Source: an uncultured Clostridiaceae bacterium (GTDB lineage Bacteria > Bacillota > Clostridia > TANB77 > CAG-465). Taken from it: DNA of 64,000 nt. A model generated the notes under the pieces. It ran no database searches. It saw nothing but the letters and a program-made list of their open reading frames with translations, and was not told the DNA's origin. How positions within the stretch are numbered: the stretch's first letter is position 1; the number at the start of each line of letters is the position of its first letter. The stretch spans positions 4,182-68,181 of the forward strand of contig CAZZFS010000004.1 of the NCBI GenBank assembly GCA_964653805.1. The letters run 5' to 3'. Below are positions 51,522 through 61,702 of the stretch, one piece after another. A program made the position numbers and the translations under genes.

Positions 51522-51673
51522 ATAACAAGAAATTCAAAAATGTTATTTCCTTTATTTTTAAGATATTTAGCCATTATTGTTGACATTTATATCAAAAGAT
51601 TGTATACTTAATAGGCAATAATTATAAATTTATTTATTTACCCATTTATTGTATGAAAAAGGAGTGAAATATT

Positions 51674-53143
51674 ATGAAAAGAACAAAAATAGTTGCTACA
51701 ATAGGACCTGCAAGTCAAAATATAGAAGTATTAGAACAACTTATTAAAGCAGGTATGGACGTTATGAGACTTAACTTTTCTCATGGCGACCACGAAGAAC
51801 AACTAGAAAAAATAGAGACTTTAAGAAAATTAAATGAAAAATTAGGAACAAGCGTAGCTTTTTTACTTGATACAAAAGGTCCTGAAATAAGATCAGGGGT
51901 ATTTGCAGATGGACAAAAACATCAATTAACTAAAGGTGATAAAATCATATTAACAACTAGAAATGTAGAATGTGATGATAATACTATATCTGTATCATAT
52001 GAAGGTTTAGTTGATGATATTGATGTTGGTTTCCATATCCTTATTGATGATGGTTTAATTGACTTAGTTATCGATAAAAAATTAAATGAAACTGATTTAG
52101 AATGTACTATCCAAAATAGTGGATTAATTGGTAACAAAAAAGGTGTTAATGTACCTAAAGCAAAATTAAAATTAAAAGCAATGACTGAAAAAGATATTAG
52201 TGATATAAAATTTGCAGTTGAACAAGATTTAGATTTTATAGCAGCTTCATTTGTTAGAAAAGCTTCAGATGTTTTAGAAATAAGAGAATTACTTACATCT
52301 TTAGGAAACGATAGAATTAAAATAATATCTAAAATAGAAAATGAAGAAGGTATTGAAAATTTTGAAGAAATTTTAAAAGTATCTGATGGAATAATGGTAG
52401 CTCGTGGTGATTTAGGAGTTGAAATTCCAATTGAACAATTACCATCTGTACAAAAAATGATGATAAGAAAAACTGTAGAAGCAGGAAAACCAATTATAAC
52501 AGCAACACAAATGTTAGATTCTATGCAAAAAAATCCAAGACCTACTCGTGCTGAAGTATCAGACGTTGCAAATGCAGTATATGATGGTTCATCAGCAGTA
52601 ATGCTATCTGGAGAATCAGCTCAAGGTGATTACCCAGTTGAATCAGTAAAAGTAATGGCTAAAATAATAAAAGAAAGTGAAAAAAATATTGATTACTGGA
52701 AAAGATTTAAAAGAAAAAATATTGAAAAATTTTCTAACTTTATTAAACCAGAAAATTTAGATGAAATGTATGAATTTAAAAAACAAACTAACTTTGCAGT
52801 ATGTTGTTCAGCTATGTTTGCTAATGCAGATGCAATTATAGCAATATCTGAACATGCAATAACACCATCTATGTTATCTAGTTTCAAACCAGGTTGCCCT
52901 GTTTATGTAATAACAGCTAATTTACATACATACAGACAAATGAGTCTTGAACATGGAACAACTGGTATATATCTTCCTGGAGTTTATGATTTTGATAAAA
53001 TTTTAAACCAAGGAATAGAAGTTTTAAAAGAAAAAAAATTAATTAAAGAAAATGATACTGTAGTACTAAGTGGTGGATATCCAAATGATGCTCACACTGA
53101 TTTCTTAAGTTCTCAAGCAACTGGTACTATAATAAGAATATAA
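51674..53143 (+). CDS. pyk: pyruvate kinase
   Basis: MKRTKIVATIGPAS N-terminus and full PK barrel plus C-domain, 489 aa. Confidence 0.95.
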   Translation: MKRTKIVATIGPASQNIEVLEQLIKAGMDVMRLNFSHGDHEEQLEKIETLRKLNEKLGTSVAFLLDTKGPEIRSGVFADGQKHQLTKGDKIILTTRNVECDDNTISVSYEGLVDDIDVGFHILIDDGLIDLVIDKKLNETDLECTIQNSGLIGNKKGVNVPKAKLKLKAMTEKDISDIKFAVEQDLDFIAASFVRKASDVLEIRELLTSLGNDRIKIISKIENEEGIENFEEILKVSDGIMVARGDLGVEIPIEQLPSVQKMMIRKTVEAGKPIITATQMLDSMQKNPRPTRAEVSDVANAVYDGSSAVMLSGESAQGDYPVESVKVMAKIIKESEKNIDYWKRFKRKNIEKFSNFIKPENLDEMYEFKKQTNFAVCCSAMFANADAIIAISEHAITPSMLSSFKPGCPVYVITANLHTYRQMSLEHGTTGIYLPGVYDFDKILNQGIEVLKEKKLIKENDTVVLSGGYPNDAHTDFLSSQATGTIIRI

Positions 53144-53269
53144 TATTACTAAATTTTAAAGATAATTTACACAAAAAAATATAAACTTTAACCATATATA
53201 TTGATTATTTTATCTTTTTATGTTAAAATGTATTAGTAATGTTAAAAAAATTTAAAAGGAGGATTTAAA

Positions 53270-53455
53270 ATGGCAAAATGTGAAGTATGCGCTAAAGAAT
53301 TAAATTTCTCACTACAAGTGAGTCACTCTCATAGAAGAACAGCTAGAACTTGGAAACCAAATATTCAAACTGTTAAAGTAAATAATAATGGAAATACAAA
53401 AAAAATGAAAGTATGTACAAAATGTTTAAAGAGTGGAAAAGTTCAAAGAGCTTAA
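53270..53455 (+). CDS. rpmB: 50S ribosomal protein L28
   Basis: 61 aa with a VSHSHRRT...W.PN motif. Confidence 0.85.
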   Translation: MAKCEVCAKELNFSLQVSHSHRRTARTWKPNIQTVKVNNNGNTKKMKVCTKCLKSGKVQRA

Positions 53456-53586
53456 ATTTAATTATAGAAAAAATTTAATATTTTATATATTATTAGAGAT
53501 ATGAATACTAATTCATATCTCTTTTTTTGACAAAACTATAAAATTAGTGTAAAATGTATATAAATATATTAATAAAGGTGAATAAT

Positions 53587-54258
53587 ATGGAAAACAAAAA
53601 TACAAAAAAAAATAATAAAATGTATATTGAAACATCAAAAAAAGATTATATAAAAATGATAAAAATTTTAGAAGCTAGTTATCCAAATCCCAAATGCGGA
53701 TTGAATTTTAATACCCCTATTGAATTAGTTGTTGCTTTAATTTTAGCCGCCCAATGTACAGATGAAAGAGTTAATAAGATAGTTCCTATTCTATTTTCAA
53801 AATATCAAGATGTTTATCAATTAGCAAATGCTAAACAAAAAGATATATCAAAAATAATACACTCTTGTGGATTTTATAACAATAAATCAAAAAATATAAT
53901 TGAAACATCAAAAATAATAGTAAATATTTTTAATGGAATAATTCCTAAAACAATGGATGAACTTTGTACTTTAAAAGGTATCGGTAGAAAATCTAGCAAT
54001 ATTATTCTACAAGAATGTTTTAATATAACAGTAGGAATTGCTGTAGACACACATGTAACTAGATTAAGTAGAAAAATGGGGCTATCAAATAAAGCAACAG
54101 CAGATAAAATAGAACTAGAACTTACTACTAAAATAAACAAAAAATATTGGCCAATTTTAAATCATATACTTGTTTTACATGGCAGAGCAATATGTATTGC
54201 AAGAAGACCAAAATGTGATATTTGCCCTATAACTAATATTTGTCCAAAAAATAATTAA
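53587..54258 (+). CDS. nth: endonuclease III (HhH-GPD with 4Fe-4S cluster)
   Basis: HhH motif LKGIGRKS and a C-terminal Cx6CxxCx5C cluster ligand set. The start MENKN is preceded by an AAAGGTGA RBS. Confidence 0.85.
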   Translation: MENKNTKKNNKMYIETSKKDYIKMIKILEASYPNPKCGLNFNTPIELVVALILAAQCTDERVNKIVPILFSKYQDVYQLANAKQKDISKIIHSCGFYNNKSKNIIETSKIIVNIFNGIIPKTMDELCTLKGIGRKSSNIILQECFNITVGIAVDTHVTRLSRKMGLSNKATADKIELELTTKINKKYWPILNHILVLHGRAICIARRPKCDICPITNICPKNN

Positions 54259-54259
54259 A

Positions 54260-54295
54260 CCACTTAAATATGGATAACATATTTAAGTGGTTATT
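54260..54295. terminator. bidirectional rho-independent terminator
   Basis: ccacttaaatat-ggataac-atatttaagtgg hairpin between the convergent nth and sensor-kinase genes. Confidence 0.6.
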
Positions 54296-54322
54296 AATCT
54301 ATTTTATTATTTTTATTGTTTT

Positions 54323-56209
54323 TTAATTTTCAGGTTCATTATTTTCATTGTTTATTTTTTGCTCTTTGTTTTCATCTTTATTAATAACTTCACCTACATC
54401 ATCAACTTCAACTCCTGTTTTAGATTCTACAGTGATTTGATTTTCTTCTTTTTCTGAAGATTTAGGTATTTTAATAAAGAACGTTGTTCCATTTCCAAGT
54501 GAACTATCAAAACTAATATCACCTTTAAAAGAACCTACTATAACAGAATATACTAAATAAAGACCTAAACCAGTACCTTTAATACCTTTTGTTGTAAGTA
54601 TATTTTTAAATACAAAAGGTGATATTTTAACATCTATTCCGCCAGCAAAATCAATTACTTTAACTAATGCATTTTTACCATCTGAATCTTCTTCAACACT
54701 AATTATAATTTTACCACCATTATCTTCACCATAAGCTTGAGCTGCATTTACTACTAAATTTGTAAATACTTGTCCAAGTTTAGTAGGATCACCTTTTATA
54801 CTAACATCATCTTTAATATCGATGACAACATCAGATCTGTTTTTTGATATTTCATTATATGTTATTATTTTTATATCTTTTAAAACACTACTGATTTTAA
54901 AATCTACATCAGTATCTCCACCAAGATTTCTTATTTGGTTTCTCATACTATTTACAATAGTAATTATTTTATTAGCACAATTATCCATTCTAAATATAAT
55001 TTCTTTTTCTTGATCAGTTCTCTCACTTGTCATTGAACTTAACATTACAATACCAGTTTTTATAGCTGCTATTGGTGTATTTATATCATGTGCTACACCA
55101 CCAGCAAGTTCTCCTATAGAAACTAATTGACCTTGTTTTACAATTATATTTTGTTTTTCTTCAAGTTCAACCATATCTAATTTATGCTGTGTAATATCTT
55201 TAAAAAGTAATAATGTACCTATGTACTCATTACCTGTATTAGATTTTATTGGTTGAATATCCACTTCAAAATATTTATCCTTATCCTTTACTTTTAAAGT
55301 ATATTCTAATATAATTTTTTCATTTTTTTCTATTGACAAAGAAATTGCATTTTTTAATTTATCAAAAGTATCTTTATTATGTTCTTTTAAAAACAAAAAT
55401 AAATTTTCCACCTTATTATTTTCTAATAATTCATTAAAATTTTCTTTAAAAGATCTATTCATATCAACAATTGAACCATCAGTAGATACAACAACAAAAG
55501 AATCCGACATTGTATTTGTAATTGTTTTCAAAGCAACTGGTGTTATATTTAAAATTTTATATTTTATTATTGCTATTGCATAAAAAATTAAAGTAATAAC
55601 AAATAACATAGGTGTCACGTATATTGATATATTAATAATTCTCAAAGTTCCCATTATATTAACAATTAAAGGTATCAAACTACCAATTACAATTAAAGCT
55701 GTTTGAATAGAAAAAAAACCTGATTTTTTTATAGACGCTTTTATCATTATTATTATAAATAGTACCATTAAAATATAAGAATAACCACTATTAACATAAA
55801 ACATAGGACCATATATTGCTTCACTAAAATTTACAGAATAGTGTTTATAAAATAAATTATGATAATCATTTGTCCATAATATAATCAATGATAATATAGG
55901 TATTATACTTAAACAAAATATTTTTAAATTATTTATTTTTGCACCCCAATATTTAATAGACATTATTAAAGCTATTGGTGGTGTAAAACAAATACCTATA
56001 TAAGTAATATAGTCAAAATATATAGGATTTCCTGTTGAATTTAATTTAATAAATATAGATTGTCCTAATAAACCTAAACACCAAACTGTCAACATAAAAA
56101 ACATAACCGACATTATATTTGACACATTTAATTTTTCGAATTTTAATTTTATCATTCCTATTAATGATAAACATATTATAATACAAAAAATTAATAATAT
56201 TTCAATCAT
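54323..56209 (-). CDS. membrane sensor histidine kinase (N-terminal ~7TM domain, PAS-like linker, HisKA, HATPase_c)
   Basis: H-box LAGGVAHDINTP. N, G1 and G2 boxes (NLVVNAAQA, DFAGGI, GTGLGLYLV). Multiple N-terminal TM helices. GGAGG RBS lies 28 bp after the NRPS stop. Confidence 0.8.
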   Translation of the reverse strand: MIEILLIFCIIICLSLIGMIKLKFEKLNVSNIMSVMFFMLTVWCLGLLGQSIFIKLNSTGNPIYFDYITYIGICFTPPIALIMSIKYWGAKINNLKIFCLSIIPILSLIILWTNDYHNLFYKHYSVNFSEAIYGPMFYVNSGYSYILMVLFIIIMIKASIKKSGFFSIQTALIVIGSLIPLIVNIMGTLRIINISIYVTPMLFVITLIFYAIAIIKYKILNITPVALKTITNTMSDSFVVVSTDGSIVDMNRSFKENFNELLENNKVENLFLFLKEHNKDTFDKLKNAISLSIEKNEKIILEYTLKVKDKDKYFEVDIQPIKSNTGNEYIGTLLLFKDITQHKLDMVELEEKQNIIVKQGQLVSIGELAGGVAHDINTPIAAIKTGIVMLSSMTSERTDQEKEIIFRMDNCANKIITIVNSMRNQIRNLGGDTDVDFKISSVLKDIKIITYNEISKNRSDVVIDIKDDVSIKGDPTKLGQVFTNLVVNAAQAYGEDNGGKIIISVEEDSDGKNALVKVIDFAGGIDVKISPFVFKNILTTKGIKGTGLGLYLVYSVIVGSFKGDISFDSSLGNGTTFFIKIPKSSEKEENQITVESKTGVEVDDVGEVINKDENKEQKINNENNEPEN

Positions 56210-56237
56210 TTAACCCCTCCTTAAGTACTAAAACAAG

Positions 56238-59200
56238 TTAATTATTATTTAAAAACTTAACAGCTTTCAAATATTCAATATATTTTTTTATATAATTTTC
56301 ATCTATTTTCTTCCACTCAAAACCAATTTCGTTTAAATATTTTATTGTATTATATGAAGTTATTTCTATATTTGTTGAATAATCTAATAAATTATTTTCA
56401 TTTATATCATTTATTATACCAATTATTTTTTTTGTTGAATTTTCATCTTCAAGAATTTTTTTTATATAATTTGAAAACTCTATATCTTCTATAACACTTA
56501 TTTTTATTCCTATTTTTTTCAAAATTTTTAAAAATTCACTTACATTTACATGATTATGATTATATACATGAAAAGTATTATGATTCATATTAAAGTATTG
56601 CATAACTTTAACTATAAATTCACTAGCTAAATCAACAGGTGTAAATTCCAAATACATATTATAACAATTTTTTGGAATATAACCTATATCTACTATAGAT
56701 TTTAACCTTCCTGTAAAAGCATTTTCTTCTATATTATCCTGAAATTTCAAATCACTATATCTTCCTGTAAGATTACCACATCTTATTATGTTTGCCTTAA
56801 GTCCTTTATTAATATATTCTAATACACATTCTTCAGCTTTAAATTTTGTATATATATATACATTATCAACATTTTGATTTTTAAAAAAACATGTTTCATC
56901 AAATATATTTTTTTGATTTTCATTAGATTTTTGTTTAACATAGGCTGCTTCAAAAGCGTTTCCGGAAACACTTATAGTAGAAATATGTATCATTTTTTTA
57001 TTTTTATTATAGCAATATTCGGCTACATTTTCAGTACCTTTAACATTTATATCAAAGAAAAATTCTTTACTACCATAATGTTTAACACAAGCAGCAGAAT
57101 GAACTACAAATTCTATTTTTTTTGATATTTCTGGATATCTATCCATTCCTAAATTTTTTTCAATTATATCTCCATCTAAAGCAAAAATTCTTTTATCTAA
57201 TAATTCATCATATTTATCACCAAAATAATAATTTAATTTAAGTTTTAGTCTTTCTTTAGAAGTTAAATTGTTTTTGCTTCTTACCAAACAATAAACATTT
57301 ACTTTTTCTTTTTCTAAAATTTCACTAACAACATGAGAACCTAAAAATCCAGTTACTCCTGTAACTAAAATATCACTTAACGGTTTATATTCAGGTTTGA
57401 TATTAAAATTTTTGTTAGAATTTAATATATTAGAAAAATCTTTATTGTAATTTGATATATCAAATTCTTTTATTTTAATACTCTCTTCTATTTTTTTTGA
57501 TATTTCCCTTATGGTATAAAATTTAAATATATCCGAATATTCTATATTTATTTCTTTTTTCAAAAGTTCTATTCTTAATTTTATCGCATCAAGAGAATCT
57601 CCTAATTCAAAAAAATTTGTATCAATACCAAATTTTTTATCTTTAAATATAAATTTCCAAGAATCAAAAATTTCTTTTTGTATATTTGTTGTAGGCATAC
57701 TTAATTCTTGATTTATTAAATTTAATTTATATTCTAATATTTTTTTTCTGTCTATTTTTCCATTTGCTGTTAAAGGAAATTTATCTAATTTTATAAAAAC
57801 ACTTGGTATCATATATAAAGGTAATTTTTTTTGTATAACCCCTCTAAAATATTCATTTTCATATTCTTTGTTTTTATCAATATAATAACATATAATTTTT
57901 TGATCTTTAAATACAACTACTGCATCTTCTACTCTAATAAATTTAACAATATTTTTTTCTATTTCTTCTAATTCTATCCTTTGACCATTTAACTTTATTT
58001 GAAAATCAGTTCTACCCAATATTTTTAATTCTTGTTCAAAATCAATTAAAGCTAAATCACCTGTTAAATATATTTTATCTTTTATAAATTTATTATTTAT
58101 AAATTTTTCTTCTGTTAATTTAACATTATTATAATATCCCTTTGATACTGATTCACCAGATATAGCTAATTGTCCTTCTATTTGATAAGGTAATAAACGA
58201 TTTTTATTATCTAATATATATAATTTTGTGTTTTGTATTGGTTTGCCAGCTGTTATTTCATTTGTTTTTGTTATATCTTTAATTGTTGACCAAATAGTGG
58301 TTTCAGTTGGACCATATACATTTATTATACTAGAATTAGTTATTTTTTTTAATTTCTTTATATAATCTTCTGGTAAAGTTTCTCCACCTAATAAAACTTT
58401 TTTCATATTTTTTATATATTCCAAATTATTATTATCAGATGTTAATAATCTTAATTTTGTAGGAGTTGTTTGAATTATATCAACGTTATTTTTTATACAT
58501 AAACTATTCAATAAAGATGAATCAAGTTGTTCTTTTTCATTTGATAAAACTAATTTTGCCCCATTTAAAAATGTAAGCCAAATTTCCAATCCAAATATAT
58601 CAAATGAAATCGTAGTTATCGAAACTACATTTTCTTCTTTTGATATTTTTATATTTTCATTTATACCAAATAAAAAATTAATTAAATTATAATTATTTAT
58701 CATAACTCCTTTTGGGTTTCCTGTTGAACCAGAAGTATAAATTAAATATACTAAATTATCAGATAAAATTTCTAAATCCAAATTAAAATTAGATGTATTA
58801 TCATTTAAATTATTTACATTAATAGCATTATCTGAAATAAAATCACAAGATTTACTAGTAACAACATATTTAGCATTACTATTTTCTAATATATATTTAA
58901 CTCTCTCTTCAGGATATTCTGGATCAATAGGTATATATGTTCCACCACATTTTAAAATAGCCAATAAAGCTGAAATTAAAACTTCATTTCTATTCATATA
59001 TACTGCTATTATATCACCAATTTCCACACCTTTTTCTTCTCTTAAATAATGTGCTAATTGATTTGCTTTTTCATTTAATTCTCTATATGTCATTTTTTTA
59101 TCTTCAAACACTAAAGCAATATTATCTGGTGTTTTTTCAACTTGTTCTTCAAATAATTGTATAACAGTTTTATCTTTTGGATAATCTCTATCTGTATCAT

Positions 59201-60533
59201 TAAATTCATATAATATTTTATGTTCTTCTTCAACACTCATTATGCGAATATCTTCTACAGTAACCTCTTCATTGCTAAGAGCATCTTCTATTATTGCAAT
59301 AAGTCTAGTATGTAAATATTTTATTTCAATTTTATCAAATACATCAATTAAATAATCATAATATATTTCTAATTTACCTTCATTATTTATATCAACTATA
59401 TGTATATCTAAATCATCTTGAATACAATTCGGTTCTTTCCATATAGCATTATATTTTTTATTATCAGAATAATTTGCTCTTGCATTTTGATACGACAAAA
59501 CAATATTATACAAATTAGCTTTTATATCTGTCTTAGAATGAACTTCTTTTATAATTTCACTATATGGATATTTTTGATGCCTAAAAATAGACATTGTATC
59601 GCAAGAAACAGCTTTTAATAAATCTCTAAATTTAATATTTTCTTCAATTTTAAATCTCATTGGTATCGTAGAAATAAACATACCAAGCATTTGTTTTTCT
59701 TTAAAATTTGATCTATTTAAAACTGGTGTTCCTATAATAAAATCATTTATATCTTTTATTCTATATATATAAGTTGAAAGTGCTGTTAAAAACAATACAT
59801 ATGGTGAAACTTTATTGTTTTTACAATACATGTTAATTTTTTCATTTAGTTCTTTATCTAATTTAACAATATATCTTTTAGATTCTTTATTTATTTTTTT
59901 TGAAACGTTTTTTAAAGCTACTGGTTCATTTATATCTTTCAAATATTCATTCCAAAATTCTTCATCTTTTTTATATTTATCTGATTCCATATATTGTTTT
60001 TCAGAGTTTATATATTCTATATAACTTGGCACTTCTAAATCATTTTCAATATTATTGTATAGTTTTTCATATATTTTAGAATATTGTGTAGCAACTTGAA
60101 TAAGTCCCCAAGCATCTGATATTATATGATGAAACTTATAATAAATACATGTTTTCATATTAGGTAATTTAATTATTTTAAATTCATATAATTTTTCTCC
60201 TAATATATTTATTGGTTTTAACATTTCATTTTTTATATATGTATTAAAATCTTTTTCACTTAATAAAGACATATCCAAAACTTCTATATTTTGTTTTTTA
60301 AATTCTCTAATATATTGTAAAGGTTCTTCACCTTTTTTTATTATATTTAATCTAAGAGCTTCATTATTTTTAATTAATTCATTTAATACTTCATTATGAA
60401 TATCATATTTAAATTCATCATTTTTAATATAAAATACTCCTGCTATATTGTTTATATTGCTACCATCATTTACCAATTCAACCATCCAAATATTTTTTTG
60501 CGGATTTGTTAATTCATAATATTCTTTCTTCAT
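56238..60533 (-). CDS. single-module nonribosomal peptide synthetase, C-A-T-R (terminal thioester reductase)
   Basis: C domain with HHIISDAWG (HHxxxDG). A-domain cores LIYTSGSTGNPKGV (A3), NVYGPTE (A5), YLTGDLA (A7), GRTDFQIKLNGQRIELEEIE (A8), LPLTANGKIDRK (A10). Carrier motif FFELGDSLDAI. R domain with TGVTGFLGSHV NAD(P)-binding motif and YTKFK (YxxxK). Confidence 0.85.
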   Translation of the reverse strand: MKKEYYELTNPQKNIWMVELVNDGSNINNIAGVFYIKNDEFKYDIHNEVLNELIKNNEALRLNIIKKGEEPLQYIREFKKQNIEVLDMSLLSEKDFNTYIKNEMLKPINILGEKLYEFKIIKLPNMKTCIYYKFHHIISDAWGLIQVATQYSKIYEKLYNNIENDLEVPSYIEYINSEKQYMESDKYKKDEEFWNEYLKDINEPVALKNVSKKINKESKRYIVKLDKELNEKINMYCKNNKVSPYVLFLTALSTYIYRIKDINDFIIGTPVLNRSNFKEKQMLGMFISTIPMRFKIEENIKFRDLLKAVSCDTMSIFRHQKYPYSEIIKEVHSKTDIKANLYNIVLSYQNARANYSDNKKYNAIWKEPNCIQDDLDIHIVDINNEGKLEIYYDYLIDVFDKIEIKYLHTRLIAIIEDALSNEEVTVEDIRIMSVEEEHKILYEFNDTDRDYPKDKTVIQLFEEQVEKTPDNIALVFEDKKMTYRELNEKANQLAHYLREEKGVEIGDIIAVYMNRNEVLISALLAILKCGGTYIPIDPEYPEERVKYILENSNAKYVVTSKSCDFISDNAINVNNLNDNTSNFNLDLEILSDNLVYLIYTSGSTGNPKGVMINNYNLINFLFGINENIKISKEENVVSITTISFDIFGLEIWLTFLNGAKLVLSNEKEQLDSSLLNSLCIKNNVDIIQTTPTKLRLLTSDNNNLEYIKNMKKVLLGGETLPEDYIKKLKKITNSSIINVYGPTETTIWSTIKDITKTNEITAGKPIQNTKLYILDNKNRLLPYQIEGQLAISGESVSKGYYNNVKLTEEKFINNKFIKDKIYLTGDLALIDFEQELKILGRTDFQIKLNGQRIELEEIEKNIVKFIRVEDAVVVFKDQKIICYYIDKNKEYENEYFRGVIQKKLPLYMIPSVFIKLDKFPLTANGKIDRKKILEYKLNLINQELSMPTTNIQKEIFDSWKFIFKDKKFGIDTNFFELGDSLDAIKLRIELLKKEINIEYSDIFKFYTIREISKKIEESIKIKEFDISNYNKDFSNILNSNKNFNIKPEYKPLSDILVTGVTGFLGSHVVSEILEKEKVNVYCLVRSKNNLTSKERLKLKLNYYFGDKYDELLDKRIFALDGDIIEKNLGMDRYPEISKKIEFVVHSAACVKHYGSKEFFFDINVKGTENVAEYCYNKNKKMIHISTISVSGNAFEAAYVKQKSNENQKNIFDETCFFKNQNVDNVYIYTKFKAEECVLEYINKGLKANIIRCGNLTGRYSDLKFQDNIEENAFTGRLKSIVDIGYIPKNCYNMYLEFTPVDLASEFIVKVMQYFNMNHNTFHVYNHNHVNVSEFLKILKKIGIKISVIEDIEFSNYIKKILEDENSTKKIIGIINDINENNLLDYSTNIEITSYNTIKYLNEIGFEWKKIDENYIKKYIEYLKAVKFLNNN

Positions 60534-60535
60534 TA

Positions 60536-60829
60536 CTAAATTGCCCCCTTATATTGCAAAGCATTAAATTCATATAACCTTAAATTGAAAAAAAAGTTAT
60601 AGAAACAGTCGCCTAATACCCCTTTAAAATCAATTAAAGAGTTGACGATACTATTTATAACTTTTTTTAATTTAAACCCAAAATTAGAGCTTTCACTATA
60701 AGGTATTTCATATTGCATAAATACCCCTTTTAATATATCTATATTTTTTACATTTCCTATTTTATCTTTTAAATTAATTAATATATATTTTCTCGAAATC
60801 AAAGAAACTAAATTGAATTGATTACCCAT
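60536..60829 (-). CDS. small hypothetical protein (97 aa) translationally coupled to the NRPS
   Basis: Its last codons (AAGGGGGCAATTTAG) contain the RBS for the NRPS ATG, which lies 2 nt after the stop. No recognisable family (not MbtH-like). Confidence 0.5.
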   Translation of the reverse strand: MGNQFNLVSLISRKYILINLKDKIGNVKNIDILKGVFMQYEIPYSESSNFGFKLKKVINSIVNSLIDFKGVLGDCFYNFFFNLRLYEFNALQYKGAI

Positions 60830-60965
60830 GTATTCATTCCTCTTTCTATGTCAAAGACTACATAACATTCAAATAAATCATTAATTAAAATTATAGCACA
60901 TAATTAAAACTAATTCAACTTTTTTTAAAATAATTAATTAAAATCATTTAAAATTATATAATTTA

Positions 60966-60994
60966 TTGACAAAATAAATTATTTGTGTTATTAT
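60966..60994 (+). promoter_or_regulatory. TTGACA-17-TATTAT promoter for tRNA-Leu
   Basis: Consensus -35 and a near-consensus -10, about 12 nt upstream of the tRNA 5' end. Confidence 0.55.
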
Positions 60995-61006
60995 ATTAGA
61001 GTAATC

Positions 61007-61091
61007 GCGGGTATGGCGGAATTGGCAGACGCGCTGGACTTAGAATCCAGTGTCAAACGACGTGAAGGTTCAAGTCCTTTTACCCGCACCA
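61007..61091 (+). tRNA. tRNA-Leu (anticodon UAG), class II with long variable arm
   Basis: GCGGGTA acceptor, anticodon loop CUUAGAA, long extra arm, T-arm GGTTCAAGTCC, encoded CCA. Followed by a terminator hairpin at 61096-61136. Confidence 0.8.
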
Positions 61092-61133
61092 AATAAAAAG
61101 TTATAAATATCTTAATTGATATTTATAACTTTT

Positions 61134-61595
61134 TTATTTTTTATAAACTATGTAATGATCTTCCATGTAAACCTCATAAGCTTTCAAATCTACATTTTTT
61201 TTATTCATCCTTAGCTTTTTTATTTCAGTCATATTAGTAGATAATTCAATCAGCTCCTTGCCTATTTTTTTTTCATATAGTTCTGCTAATTTATAAAAAA
61301 ACACATCAAAACATACAATATTTCCAAGAGACGCAAAACAAAATCTTAATACACATATTTTAAAATCATTTTCAAGATATATTTCTTTATCTTTCATTTC
61401 ATTTAAAAGATGAACTTTTGTATTTCCAGCTTCTTTTAAATCTTCAATCACAATTTTACAAACATCAAAACAAAATTTTTCAAAATCAAAACTAAACTCC
61501 GGTAATTTCATTTTTTTAAAATCCAAATCAAATATGTATCCATATTCTAAATCTCGATTTTTGTTCATAAGCTTATAGTACATTTCCCCCTCCAA
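61134..61595 (-). CDS. hypothetical protein
   Basis: ORF only. Confidence 0.4.
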   Translation of the reverse strand: MEGEMYYKLMNKNRDLEYGYIFDLDFKKMKLPEFSFDFEKFCFDVCKIVIEDLKEAGNTKVHLLNEMKDKEIYLENDFKICVLRFCFASLGNIVCFDVFFYKLAELYEKKIGKELIELSTNMTEIKKLRMNKKNVDLKAYEVYMEDHYIVYKK

Positions 61596-61702
61596 ATAAA
61601 ATTTTATTTGTATAAATAAATAATTGGTACCATCATTATAGCACCAATCATTTATATTTTCAATACATTATTTTTTTAACTTAAATCTTAATGTTTTTCT
61701 AT

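Noticed and set aside
58700-59000. Attempt to read a glycine Stachelhaus code (DIL...) from FDIFGLEIW in the NRPS A domain
   Set aside because: Only the first three positions could be placed by eye. Positions 278, 299 and 301 (L/G, I, V) do not fit the Gly code. Substrate prediction needs a real alignment.
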